A stretch of 64,000 nucleotides of DNA, taken from contig CAVTNR010000003.1 of NCBI GenBank assembly GCA_963736115.1, positions 64,001-128,000 of the forward strand, in the 5' to 3' direction. Position numbers and translations under genes: made by a program. The stretch comes from an uncultured bacterium. GTDB lineage: Bacteria > Zhuqueibacterota > QNDG01 > DTFT01. Below are positions 19,801 through 28,025 of the stretch, in pieces. The notes under the pieces were generated by a model, which saw nothing but the letters and a program-made list of their open reading frames with translations, was not told the origin of the DNA and made no database searches. Numbering within the stretch: the first letter of the stretch is position 1; every line of letters begins with the position of its first letter.

Positions 19801-22094
19801 AGCAGTTCGAAGTTGTAGCCCAGGGTTCGGTACGGGTAAACGACCCGGTAATCCTCCTCGAGGGACTGGAGGAGCACCGCGTTGGAACGGTTCAGCGTTT
19901 CGGGATTCGATTCGCCCTGGTATGAAAGGGCGAGACCGAAAGCATAGAGGAGAATGGGGTTTTTCGGCTTCTGGCCGAGAAGCTCGCCGTACTTGTCCAC
20001 TACCTCGTCGATACGGCCGAGCCGGTGCTGGATCTCCACGTATCCCCGGTGGGCCCGGATGTCGTTCGGGTTCGTGGTCAACGCCTTCCAGTAACGGCTG
20101 GCCGCGAGCGAAGGGTCCCCCTGGTTTTTCAGCCGCTCCGCGGACTGGAAGGCCACGTTGAAAAGCGCCTCCCGGATTGGGCCCTCATACCGGCCGCCTT
20201 CCAACGATCCGAATTCCTTTTGCGCCGACTCCAGAATGAAAATCGCCCGGAGTTCGTCACCCCTGCGGCGGCTGACTTCCGCATGACGGATCCTCGCCTC
20301 CGCGTGCGCCCAGTACTGGGTGGGCACCAGCTCCGGGACGCGTTCGAGCTCGCGGGCCGCTTCGTCATTCCGTCCCGATTCCATCAGCAGGTCCACGATC
20401 GCGAACTGGGCCTGGGCCATGAGCGCCGGGTAATCGGAGAACGACTGAATCATACGGCCGAAATGCGCGATCCGCTCCTCGGCGGAGCCGGTCACCTGCT
20501 CCAGCAGGCGCCTTCCGGAGCGCTCGCGCCACAGCGGCACGTCGCCCAGCTCGCGCAGCACGGAGAAATACGCCTGCCGCGCGGTTTCCTCCTGGCCCCA
20601 GGATCGCAGAAGGTCCCCGATTTTCATCTGCGCCTGTCCGCGGCTGTTCCGGAGGCGAGGGAAATCGGAGAGCACGCGGCCGTACGCGGAGAAGCCCTCC
20701 GAACGGAGACCCTTGTCGAGCAGAAGGTCCCCCAGGAGAATCCACGCATCGGCCCGGATCGCGGGGTCTGCGGATTCGGAGGCGATGAGCCGCCTGCAGT
20801 AGCCGATGCGGTTGTCCGCGGCTTCGGATTTCAGGCCCGCTTTTTTCAGAAGCGCGGTTTCGGTTTCACGGGTTCTTCCCGTATATCCGGAAATGACCCG
20901 GTCGAATGCCATGGCCGCATTCCGGTCATGACCCAGAACCGTTTCCAGTTCACCGATGCGCAGCCAGGCCCTGGCGGACCAGAGCGAATCCGACGGAAAG
21001 AGCGAAGAGATTTTTCTGTATTCCACGATTTGCTGTCTGAAGGCCGCTTCGGTTTCCGATTCCGAAAACCGGAGTTCCGCGTCCGCAGTCATTTCCGCGG
21101 CTTGCGGCCGCAGTCGGATCAGGCCGTTTTCAGGGATGGACCAGATGTCCGGATTCTTCCCGTTGTCGGATTCAAAATAGATCAGCCCGGACCGGCTCCA
21201 GTCGGGCCTGGTATCGTCCGACAACCCCGATGTGATCTGGAATTCGGCTTGCTGAAGTCCTGCCAGACTGTCCGGAAGTCCGCCCCACAGCCGCACCCAG
21301 ATGTGCCCCTGGTCGACCGGGGTGACTTTTCCGTCTCCGTCCGTGTCCGAATCCCGGCGCACGAAAGCGATGCGGTCCGAACCCGTGGACCAGCAGGCGC
21401 GGCTGTCGAGCGCGGGGCCTTCCGTGACAGCCGTAATCCGATGGATCCCGATTTGACCGTCCGCCCCGGATCCGAGTTCCAGGAGAGCGATGTCGCCGCC
21501 GGGATCGCGCAGGAATGAGGTGAATAGAATGGAACGGCCATCCGGCGACCATGACGGATCCGTGCCGCCGTTTCGGGTGAGAGGCTCGGATTTTTTCGTC
21601 GCAGGATTGAGAAGCTGGAGATTTTGGAGCCCGCCCTCATCCGATACATAAACGATTCTCCTACCGGCGGGGGAGAAGCGCGGACTGCGCTCCGGTCCCA
21701 GGCGGTCGGTCAACGGAACGGGATCGCCGGATGGGGCGCAGCCCTGCCTGGGATCAACCCGGACCATCCACAGGTCGCCTTCCGCGTCGCGGCGTCTCGA
21801 GGCGAAAACGATCGTCTTGCCGTCCTGTGACCAGGCCGGATCGAGGTCGTCCGCCTCGTGCGTCGTGATCCGCACGGCGTCCCCGCTGGGCAGGCGTTTC
21901 ACCCAGATGTCGGGGTTGCCGGAGCGCTCGGACACGAACGCGAGCCATCTGCCGTCGCGCGAAACCGAGGGTGCAAAATCGGCCTGGGGGTATACCGTTA
22001 CCTGCCTGATTTCAGGCATTTCCCCGGCCGCGAAAACCGCGGACGCCCATGCGACGATCGGGAGGACAAAGATTTTCGTGCGGCGTGTAATCAT
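13860..22094 (-). CDS. Giant exported protein: TolB/PD40 beta-propeller, TPR arrays, degenerate CHAT, TPR, intact CHAT (caspase-like) peptidase
   Basis: Signal peptide; PD40 repeats (SRDGRWLAFVSERSGNPDIW, PAWSQDG, PRFSPAG); helical TPR repeats; C-terminal LVIVPHGVL..LPF, VVHFACH, DDGRL, LVALSACETG, SSMWKVDD, HPSAWAAF. Internal copy VIPDESL..DDGYF..WTAWPV lacks the His/Cys pair. Confidence 0.85.
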   Translation of the reverse strand: MITRRTKIFVLPIVAWASAVFAAGEMPEIRQVTVYPQADFAPSVSRDGRWLAFVSERSGNPDIWVKRLPSGDAVRITTHEADDLDPAWSQDGKTIVFASRRRDAEGDLWMVRVDPRQGCAPSGDPVPLTDRLGPERSPRFSPAGRRIVYVSDEGGLQNLQLLNPATKKSEPLTRNGGTDPSWSPDGRSILFTSFLRDPGGDIALLELGSGADGQIGIHRITAVTEGPALDSRACWSTGSDRIAFVRRDSDTDGDGKVTPVDQGHIWVRLWGGLPDSLAGLQQAEFQITSGLSDDTRPDWSRSGLIYFESDNGKNPDIWSIPENGLIRLRPQAAEMTADAELRFSESETEAAFRQQIVEYRKISSLFPSDSLWSARAWLRIGELETVLGHDRNAAMAFDRVISGYTGRTRETETALLKKAGLKSEAADNRIGYCRRLIASESADPAIRADAWILLGDLLLDKGLRSEGFSAYGRVLSDFPRLRNSRGQAQMKIGDLLRSWGQEETARQAYFSVLRELGDVPLWRERSGRRLLEQVTGSAEERIAHFGRMIQSFSDYPALMAQAQFAIVDLLMESGRNDEAARELERVPELVPTQYWAHAEARIRHAEVSRRRGDELRAIFILESAQKEFGSLEGGRYEGPIREALFNVAFQSAERLKNQGDPSLAASRYWKALTTNPNDIRAHRGYVEIQHRLGRIDEVVDKYGELLGQKPKNPILLYAFGLALSYQGESNPETLNRSNAVLLQSLEEDYRVVYPYRTLGYNFELLESHQQRERARKQPVAVRAAKTLVSPATWLFGALPFGKKRTETGYLEKAIDALTEAIELNDESADPAMETALTQNLANNFYHLGEFGYTRALQHYKRRLDLDTVFAGLEQKATFHERAGHAALYMDDFDFSARCLETAVATYSAMGREEAALISLGRLALLRQRSGRYEDAVPLYLSLAQKDENAGRLDRLELDYRNVAYNYHLLGESEDALRFARKAESLMAGRKISPGKPDKNYLRLGLFGFSVPVWGMEELGRASAAGFTPADEMAFVLSLISRSAESLNQYGPSISAEKKRLELFRGGKERLGERISLNRLGLLHFKAAAYDSAWRHFSESYEASLKAKDGPGQWANAVNLGTAAVVRYSLNGDVSDITAAKNILKAALEGFDGNHSPAAGDPPVSASDRASAHGTLGTLYTVLSRTCASQPEGIPLEAAVRLSLQSLAWTSEADRQFRAGLDLAGENGRTRAILLAQSAELDRFLGEHASAEAKLRESRELLIRLGDGEMLWRAEAGLADLLASASADPDSGRLNEAVILFRSAMDRLELLPIEENTADIRRMDREARGDLYVKASEALVRSGNALEGLRIAERGRQKRVADILMRRPPDLRKERHKIAWGNLRFTRALLSEKRNEILAASALKTRPSHMRRLKNEEKRLESDFAAQMQSLENEDGLLAYLAGALPPDAEARIASLGPGEGVLCYLSGPDRTTAWFASTDTVAAAVLPFGRRLTASAVQAWADSLRAGAPADSASRRLLCALVLPFSPMLASCGRITVIPDESLWFLAFDRVLESEAVSRAVVDYAPSLAFLGLASDRKKINQRTCAVLGQSSDRGLAGAGRSAGLTETSRFGPDATETEFKSMLKSADFVDIATWILPNPEDPMGSSIVLQPGSSDDGYFRAEECFSIDATANCVFLPPASGSADSGWSPELFSWGFLYAGAPSLVWTAWPVRPEIRRTFMRAFYSAVDTLSFASAVRKAAVVTAAAHPESRDRSAFRLIGFPGMDSEERSAFASENQARFVLQARGLEEKTEHADAVIVYEKALSLTEMMGDSVGVARIEQEIVRSSMRGRNWQKAVFYQNRLLGRAERTANTSGLVSGFRNLSVFHMNAGDAEAAATAKKRQIALLDSLSRNGDAFTAFEDMAFIRAGQRLYGQADEWMVKAVDRRQSSGDLAGLARALVLRGRFRLEADDTWEARSLLTAGVAGLDSLKDRPGAENRLRFDHASGVQLLGIACEKLSRFDEALSLQKKGIELFRSLNRFPQTVQGMQYLTNVHWKMGSLATALEHQNRILDTLRNSGDQKRIGMAYGTLGLIHLSFGDTVQAKIAEQRALDAVGTEPRLQEDRAAYLKNLGLIALREDRKDRALFYFTRAMEIDSALNLQSGLAYDRRNIGGVLLAQGRWAEGKTLLAKALELYRGMSDRKNAALSLYGVAIATERSGDIRIGLALLDSAIAESSGPDGADLAWQMYGQRAVWLARSGRADESLAEIRTAVDAAEHAAGGQGMESFRLGDFEKPQDVYDEAIRLSLDAGRPEEAFAYAERAKAFPVVKLLSGRSDLFTGSRRGWMEKINRSQSAVLEARNRPARDSSPAVETDSGDSLSGTAAIAGELGRLESEHRALLDELRRSDPDLASIVSVETCRPDDIRLILPDSTALIEYVTGRKELFICVVRKEGLRWRRVDQPFEELESLISKFRSSIQSNLSPDIEAKALYLKLIDPITADLTGISGLVIVPHGVLAGLPFGALQNAAGETLIDSRSISYAPSADAFRLSLARSDRGPSGRRLSGSVFAAANPDLGEERLNLPFADKEVRSLKRSFGAVNAFSGLSATRKTFSDHAAAATGVVHFACHASYVPEQPLSSALLLSPSGVDDGRLSAADAFGASLKCGLVALSACETGLGKGGTEHGVSSFTWGFMTAGAPSVLSSMWKVDDLASAVLMKRFYRYVRAGHSRAEALRRAQLLVRNAVDSHPSAWAAFELSGDFR

Positions 22095-22648
22095 TTCCGG
22101 ATCCAGGTCCCGTCCGTTTTTTGTGTCCAGGTTCCGTCCGGCGAGTTGTCCTGGTACATTTTCGCGAATACCCCGGCCACGTCGGCCGGTACGGCCCGCT
22201 TGAGCGCGTCATTCAACTCCACCACGCGTTCCAGGATAACGGCGCGGTCGCTATTCTCCTCCGCGATGATTTCTTCCACAAAACGCTTCTCTTCCGCGCT
22301 GAAATCGGAATCCGCGGCTGCCCTCGGGACGAGACGGCCGTCATTCGTTTCGCCGACCCATCCTTTCCGCTTGAACTCCTCCACGTCGTCGCGGTTGAAC
22401 GCCTGCTGCTGGAGGGCCTCGAGGGATCGCCGTTTTTCCGGGGACATGATCGGCGATTCCGGAGCGGGAGCCGCGGCACGGGTCGAGGCGGCCATCCAGG
22501 TGTCCTCGCGCATCAACGAATAGGTTCCGAGTATTTCCTTTTCCAGTGATGTCTTTTCCCCGGTCACGTTCACCACCTCGGGAAGGCGAACACTGCACGA
22601 GAGGCAGGCGGCCAGAATCGTCGGCCCGATCAGGAATTTAATCTGCAT
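22091..22648 (-). CDS. DUF1318 (YdbL-like) lipoprotein
   Basis: Lipobox-like LAACLSC; FKRKGWVGETNDGRL, EENSDR, GTWTQKTDGTW are typical YdbL motifs; ATGA overlap with the CHAT gene. Confidence 0.8.
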   Translation of the reverse strand: MQIKFLIGPTILAACLSCSVRLPEVVNVTGEKTSLEKEILGTYSLMREDTWMAASTRAAAPAPESPIMSPEKRRSLEALQQQAFNRDDVEEFKRKGWVGETNDGRLVPRAAADSDFSAEEKRFVEEIIAEENSDRAVILERVVELNDALKRAVPADVAGVFAKMYQDNSPDGTWTQKTDGTWIRK

Positions 22649-22661
22649 CGGTCACCCCGAA

Positions 22662-25600
22662 TTATTTCTCCGTGAACAAGGCCATATTCTGCATCATAAA
22701 TTCCACGGACAGACGTCCGTAGATGATCCTGTCCGTCATATTCAGCGGAACGAACCATGGTTTCTCGATATACAGCGAGGGATAGACGAATCCGTGGCGT
22801 AATTCGAAGGAGAAGACGCGCGGCTTGTACCAGAGATTGAGCAGGCGGCGCGTCATCCGGATCGAGGCGTCGGTTCCCTGTGGATCGAGCCCCTGGAGGA
22901 GCAGGTCCGTGAACTGGGGGCCGATCCGGGTGATGTTGAGCGCTCCCACGGCGTTCGACAGGGAATCCGGACCCAGGCCCCGGCCGGTGAAGTCCAGGCA
23001 TGCATCCAGCTCGGATTTTTCTCCGACCCTGTCGGTTTTAAGCAATGCGGCCGAATTGATGCGGGCTGCGGTCGCCCGGACCGCATAGGTCATGGACTCC
23101 GGCCGGCCGTTGTTCAGGTCGAGACGGAGGCTTCCGGCCAGGTTTCCGCCGAGAAGCCGGGCGCTGAACCGGGGGACCTGTATCATCCCCTGCCCGGCTG
23201 ACACATCCAGCCGGATGTCTTCGATGCGATAGTCGGCCGCGCGTACGGACGCGATGGAGATTTCCGAAATGCCGGGGAACAGGCGTTTGAAAAGGCCGCG
23301 ATCCGTTTCATAGGCCATCGGCGGGAATACGGTTTTCCGGGCCGGAACGAGAAGCCTCGCCTTCAACGGATCCGCTTCGAATTCGAACGGGATGCGGCCC
23401 CGGATGCCGAGGACTTCGACCAGAGGCGGACTGAAAACGGCCAGGGAATCGGAGACCAGTTCTCCGGAAAGCGTCAGGCGGCGGGGATTCGAGTCGTCGG
23501 TGTTTATGGAACAGCCGCCGGACGCGTCTCCCAGAACGAGCAGGAGCGGAGCGAAGCGGACCGAATCGGTTGAAGAGAAAACAAAGTCGGCCCGTCCCTT
23601 CAGGCCCGGGAATGCGCCGTCGAGTGTCGCGTCCAGGCCGGCCTTGGCCTGCAAAGCGAGATCCGGGACGGAAAGACTCAAATCCCTGACGGACAGGCGA
23701 TCCGGCGCATCGAAGGAAAACCCGAAGGCGGCCGTCGAACCGGTGATCGGTTCCGGCCGCATCCGCGAGAGAGTCAGGTCCCCAGCGGTCAGGGAACCGC
23801 TTCCCTCCAGGCGGCTGCTGCTGCCTGAGAAATCCACGCGGCCGTCCAAGCCCGAGACCCGAATGAATTGCAACGGCAGAAGCATGCCGGCATCCTCTAC
23901 GGTCAGGCTTCCCCTGATCTCCACAGCATTCGGGTCGCCGCCCGGCGCGGTTCGGATCGAGGCGTTCAGCCGTTCCGCGCCGAATGCTGTGATGCCTTCG
24001 AGTATTTCAGCCAGCGTGTCGGGCAGAAATCCGGGCAGGGCCGCGTTCCGGATCATGGCGTCCTTCAGGGTGAAAGAGAAGCCGGCCCGCGAAGGATCGA
24101 TTTCTCCGAAGAGCCCGGCCGTGATGCAGTCCAGAGCGCGGAAATCGGTCTTTTCAAGGACCCATTTCCGGAATGCGTTTTCAGGCCGCCACACCATGTC
24201 CGCGTCCAGCCGGACGGGTTTCAGGGTTTCGGTTTTTCCGCCGTACGGATAGCGGACGGACGGAGCCGAAGCGTACAACGAGACATGAAAGAGGCGGCCG
24301 GCCGAGGGTTTCACTTCGATTCCCGCGTCAAAAAGGCCGGAAAGGCCCGGAGGAGCGGCAGGCAGGCCGGACAGGTCAGCGTCGGCCAGACGAACCGAGC
24401 CCACTACGGACAGGGAATCCGGGGTTGCATTGCCGAGTTCTTTCGCGGCCCAGGTCGCGTCCAGATTTACGGATCCGCCGAACAGTTTCTGAACGGAGCC
24501 GGTCAGGGTGCCGGCCGTGGGCATGCCTTTGTTGTCCAGAATGGCCATGAGATCCAGGCTTGATTCGTCCGCTGTGACGGAAATGGAATCATTGATCGCG
24601 TATCGGAACCGGGGAATGCGGAGCGAGCCGGACGCTTCAGCCCTGCGCAGTCCTTCTGTGGAGGCATTTCCGCTGAACCGCAGGCTTGCTTCACCGTTTT
24701 CCAGTTTTATTGGAGGAAGCGGACTGCTCATCGTCAGTCCTCTGATTCCTGGCGCGATGCTGAATCGGATGTTGTCCAGGGCGCCTTTGACGTTTCCGAC
24801 GCCCAGGTCCAAGGTTCCGCGGATTTCAACAGGCCGCAAGGCTTTGGACAGGGTGTCCGGCAGATATCGCAGCAGAACGGGCTTGAGTGATTCCAGCGGA
24901 AACGGCCTGCCGGACAGAGTGAAATCCACTGAAGGAACGCTGTCCGGCATGGAGAAAAGCCCTTTGGCCTGCACGAGTATGCGCGATACGGCTGTCACGT
25001 CGCATGAATCAAGTAGGATTTCTTCGGCAATGCCTTTTCCCTTGATTCGGAAAAGGATGCCTGCGACGTGGCCGGAGTCGGCTCCCGCGTCCAGTAGTTC
25101 CGCTTTTCCGCCGAATGTCCACCGGCCTTTTCCGGCCCAACGGAAACGCATGTCCGCTTCAGGACGGAAGAGGAAGCGTCCATGCGCCGCGACCACGGAC
25201 AGGCGGGCGTTTTTCGCGAACAGGCGGATGTTGCCGTGGACATTGTCCACCGATTGGCCGGCTTCAGGCGGCACCCAGAGATTGTCCGCTTCGAGATTCA
25301 GTCCTTCCAGATCGATTCCGGAGAGGGATGGGGAGCCGGGAATGACAGCGCTGAAACTGAAATCGTGGAGTTCGAGGTGCCGTATACCGATGCCGAGCGG
25401 AAGCGTTTTCGGGGGTTGCTTGGGCTCGGATGGTTTCACGGCCAGTTCACGCAATGCGGTCATGAAACTGTCCGACAGCGCGAGGTCGGGATTTTCCACG
25501 CGGATTTCGGATATGGAAAGCTCGCGGCGCAGAAGGGGGGCGATACGGAAACGGACGAACAGCCGCTCCAGCTCAAGGAAGCGGACGGCTTCCGCTTCCG

Positions 25601-25865
25601 GGCCGGTCTGAACGGAAACCCGCACGTCCCTGAAATCCAGACGGCCGGGCGTGCGCCAGGCGAGGCTCCGGATTTCCACGGGCCACCCCGCGGTCCGGCT
25701 CTGTGATTCAATGAAGGAGAGAATGCGGCCCACAGGGAAGAAAAGCCAGAACGCGATCACCATCAGCGTGACCGCGGCTGCGATTCCCGCGATGGCCAGA
25801 GCCGTAATCCGGAGAATCCGGCGCAGGCGTTTTTTCTTCAATCGGGCGGCCAGAAGCCTAGTCAT
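22662..25865 (-). CDS. AsmA-like/YdbH-type intermembrane bridge protein
   Basis: Basic N-terminus plus a single TM anchor; LERLFVRFRIAPLLRRELSISEIRVENPDL AsmA-type motif; long beta-rich repeats; LLGGNLAG motif; adjacent to DUF1318. Confidence 0.7.
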   Translation of the reverse strand: MTRLLAARLKKKRLRRILRITALAIAGIAAAVTLMVIAFWLFFPVGRILSFIESQSRTAGWPVEIRSLAWRTPGRLDFRDVRVSVQTGPEAEAVRFLELERLFVRFRIAPLLRRELSISEIRVENPDLALSDSFMTALRELAVKPSEPKQPPKTLPLGIGIRHLELHDFSFSAVIPGSPSLSGIDLEGLNLEADNLWVPPEAGQSVDNVHGNIRLFAKNARLSVVAAHGRFLFRPEADMRFRWAGKGRWTFGGKAELLDAGADSGHVAGILFRIKGKGIAEEILLDSCDVTAVSRILVQAKGLFSMPDSVPSVDFTLSGRPFPLESLKPVLLRYLPDTLSKALRPVEIRGTLDLGVGNVKGALDNIRFSIAPGIRGLTMSSPLPPIKLENGEASLRFSGNASTEGLRRAEASGSLRIPRFRYAINDSISVTADESSLDLMAILDNKGMPTAGTLTGSVQKLFGGSVNLDATWAAKELGNATPDSLSVVGSVRLADADLSGLPAAPPGLSGLFDAGIEVKPSAGRLFHVSLYASAPSVRYPYGGKTETLKPVRLDADMVWRPENAFRKWVLEKTDFRALDCITAGLFGEIDPSRAGFSFTLKDAMIRNAALPGFLPDTLAEILEGITAFGAERLNASIRTAPGGDPNAVEIRGSLTVEDAGMLLPLQFIRVSGLDGRVDFSGSSSRLEGSGSLTAGDLTLSRMRPEPITGSTAAFGFSFDAPDRLSVRDLSLSVPDLALQAKAGLDATLDGAFPGLKGRADFVFSSTDSVRFAPLLLVLGDASGGCSINTDDSNPRRLTLSGELVSDSLAVFSPPLVEVLGIRGRIPFEFEADPLKARLLVPARKTVFPPMAYETDRGLFKRLFPGISEISIASVRAADYRIEDIRLDVSAGQGMIQVPRFSARLLGGNLAGSLRLDLNNGRPESMTYAVRATAARINSAALLKTDRVGEKSELDACLDFTGRGLGPDSLSNAVGALNITRIGPQFTDLLLQGLDPQGTDASIRMTRRLLNLWYKPRVFSFELRHGFVYPSLYIEKPWFVPLNMTDRIIYGRLSVEFMMQNMALFTEK

Positions 25866-25925
25866 TCTGGTTCCAATTTTTCTGGATGATCCGAGATTGG
25901 GCTTCTGGCCGCTCCGACGGGCCTG

Positions 25926-25998
25926 ATGCCCCGCCGCTTGCGGCGTCGAGCATCCAAGTTTCTTGTGATACCCCGCTGCTTGCGGCGGGGTCCTTCAA
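25926..25998. repeat. CCCCGCnGCTTGCGGCGGGG palindromic repeat pair
   Basis: ATGCCCCGCCGCTTGCGGCG..ATACCCCGCTGCTTGCGGCGGGGTCCTTCAA; overlaps the kamA-like stop codon; related to 28843-29047. Confidence 0.65.
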
Positions 25999-27065
25999 CG
26001 TTCCGGTCCGGCAGGCGCGGGGTATCGATACTCCGCGCCGAGATAATTGCGGAAGATCCAGTCGCCCTTTTCCTTCCGCAGGGTGTAGCCCGGCACGAGC
26101 GGCACCTTGCCGCCGCCGCCCGGCAGGTCCACCACATAATGCGGCAGGGCCAGTCCCGTCACGTGACCTCTCAGCTTGTCCATGACCGCCAATCCGGTTT
26201 CGATGGTCGTCCTGAAATGGTCCGTGCCTTTGGTGAGATCCGTCTGGAGCAGGTAATAGGGCCGCACGCGCATTTTCAGAAGGCCGCGGAAAAGAGCGGC
26301 CAGAACGGAGGAGTCATCATTAATGCCTTTCAGCAGGACCGTCTGGTTTCCCAGCACGGCGCCCGCATCCGACAGCCGGTTGCAGGCCTGGGCGGCGGTT
26401 TGCGTCAGTTCAGCCGGATGGTTGAAATGCACGTTGATATAGAGGGGCCGGATTTTTTTTAGTATTTTTGCGAGGGACGGGGTCACGCGCGACGGCAGAA
26501 CGCAGGGCATGCGCGTTCCGAGTCGTATGGTCTCGACATGCGGAATTTCGCGGAGCCTGCGGAGTATCCACTCCAGCCGTTCGTCAGACAGCATGAGAGG
26601 ATCTCCGCCGGACACCAGCACGTCCCGAATCGCAGGCGTCATGCGGATGTACCGGATGCCGTCGTCGATTTCCCTGACGGATACGGCTTTGCCGCGGCCG
26701 ATGCGGCGCTTGCGCGTGCAGAAGCGGCAGTACACGGCGCAGACATTCGTCACGGTGAACAGGACGCGGTCCGGGTAGCGGTGGGTGATCTGGGGGACGG
26801 GGCTGTTGGCGTCCTCGGCGAGGGGGTCGTCCATGCCGATACAATCTTCGAGTTCACGGGGGTCCGGAACAACCTGATCGAGAAGGGGCCTGCCGGTTTT
26901 CACGGCCAGGTCGAGGAAATACGGATTGATCCGCATGGGATACGCATCGGTTACGGGCTTGATTTTCAGGGGGTCTATCGGAATTCGTCCGGCCAGGGCC
27001 TTCGGAGTCTCCACCGAGCGGCGAAGAAAGTCTTTCCAGGAGGGGATTTTGGATGTGGATTTCAT
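25995..27065 (-). CDS. KamA-family radical SAM protein (lysine 2,3-aminomutase-like)
   Basis: DPLAED, HRYPDRVL, CAVYCRFCTRKR, SGGDPL, HFNHP, NQTVLLKGIND, RPYYL, DLPGGGGK. Confidence 0.92.
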   Translation of the reverse strand: MKSTSKIPSWKDFLRRSVETPKALAGRIPIDPLKIKPVTDAYPMRINPYFLDLAVKTGRPLLDQVVPDPRELEDCIGMDDPLAEDANSPVPQITHRYPDRVLFTVTNVCAVYCRFCTRKRRIGRGKAVSVREIDDGIRYIRMTPAIRDVLVSGGDPLMLSDERLEWILRRLREIPHVETIRLGTRMPCVLPSRVTPSLAKILKKIRPLYINVHFNHPAELTQTAAQACNRLSDAGAVLGNQTVLLKGINDDSSVLAALFRGLLKMRVRPYYLLQTDLTKGTDHFRTTIETGLAVMDKLRGHVTGLALPHYVVDLPGGGGKVPLVPGYTLRKEKGDWIFRNYLGAEYRYPAPAGPER

Positions 27066-27131
27066 AATAGTGTCGCTCTGAGCTATGCTTACATGCTTTG
27101 CCCCTGAAGAGCCTCCCGAAGGAACGTTCCC

Positions 27132-27431
27132 CTACTCCTCCCCATCCCCCAGCTCCTTCGCCATCACCCAATGCTTTTTGTCATCGAGTTTGGTGCCGCG
27201 ATCGCAGTACATCTCGAAGGCGGCGCCTGAATCCGTACGTACATGGAAATAATTACGGTGCCTGCGCGTCCGCCAGGTCTTTTTGTGGGCCAGGGGAGAG
27301 AAATCGTAATCCTGCCATTGGCGGAGCACGGAAATCACCCGGTATTCCCGTCTCTTCCATTTGAAAGAGACCGGCACGCCGCCTTTTTCCGTTTCAACCG
27401 TTCTGAGGGGCTCGCAGATGAACCGCTTCAC
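27132..27431 (-). CDS. DUF6504-like small protein
   Basis: P.SF.WKRREYRV..VL.QW..W..R.YFHV.T..G..FEMY pattern. Confidence 0.65.
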   Translation of the reverse strand: MKRFICEPLRTVETEKGGVPVSFKWKRREYRVISVLRQWQDYDFSPLAHKKTWRTRRHRNYFHVRTDSGAAFEMYCDRGTKLDDKKHWVMAKELGDGEE

Positions 27432-27712
27432 GGCAGTTCTTCCAGCACAGAAAGCACGAGATGCACGTCTGCTTCCTTGAGCCGGTCGAACAGTTCCTTG
27501 GCTTTTCCGTCCATCTGGATCATGCGGACCACCTCGTCCACGGTCCTTTCCGTGAAGAAGGTGCCGACGTACCGCGTGCCGTTCGACGAGTGCCTGAAGA
27601 TCGTGAAGCGGACCTCGTGACCCGCCCAGTAATCCCTGAAATCGTCCACGTCGGCCAGCAGTCTGCCCGCGTCCTCGGGGTCGAGCTCGAATTCAAGCGT
27701 AATCATTCGCAT
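27428..27712 (-). CDS. Hypothetical protein
   Basis: 94-aa ORF with host-like codon usage; 4-nt overlap with the downstream gene. Confidence 0.6.
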   Translation of the reverse strand: MRMITLEFELDPEDAGRLLADVDDFRDYWAGHEVRFTIFRHSSNGTRYVGTFFTERTVDEVVRMIQMDGKAKELFDRLKEADVHLVLSVLEELP

Positions 27713-27765
27713 ACGTAAAATTAGGAAAAATAAGGGAAAAAGGAAAGGGGAAAATGCAGATTCCG

Positions 27766-27801
27766 AACCTCCCGCGGGCTTTTACCAGCCTGCGGGAGGT
27801 T
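27766..27801. repeat. AACCTCCCGC..GCGGGAGGTT palindrome
   Basis: Near-identical copy at 32835-32872; similar arms in reversed order at 9950-9982. Confidence 0.75.
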
Positions 27802-28025
27802 GAAGGTTGTCGTCCCGAGGCACGTTTCCTTGCTTTGCCCACGAAGGATCTTTGGGAGGAATCCTAGATTGCCCTGAATACCGAAGGTCCCGGGCGAGAG
27901 ACGAAATGCTACAAACAGACCGAACCAAATTTGTAGTCGTCGATTAAATCATCAAAAAAGACTTGATTTTTTCCGGATAGATTCCGTTGTTATATGGTGC
28001 TTGTCATTTCCGGAGAAAACGGACG

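Noticed and set aside
15318-21518. Long plus-strand ORFs (767, 388, 497 aa) opposite the CHAT gene, and similar antisense ORFs elsewhere
   Set aside because: Shadow ORFs expected in high-GC coding DNA; no recognisable motifs.
13860-22094. Craspase or CRISPR-associated TPR-CHAT
   Set aside because: No cas genes or array in the window, and the protein has a signal peptide and PD40 propeller.
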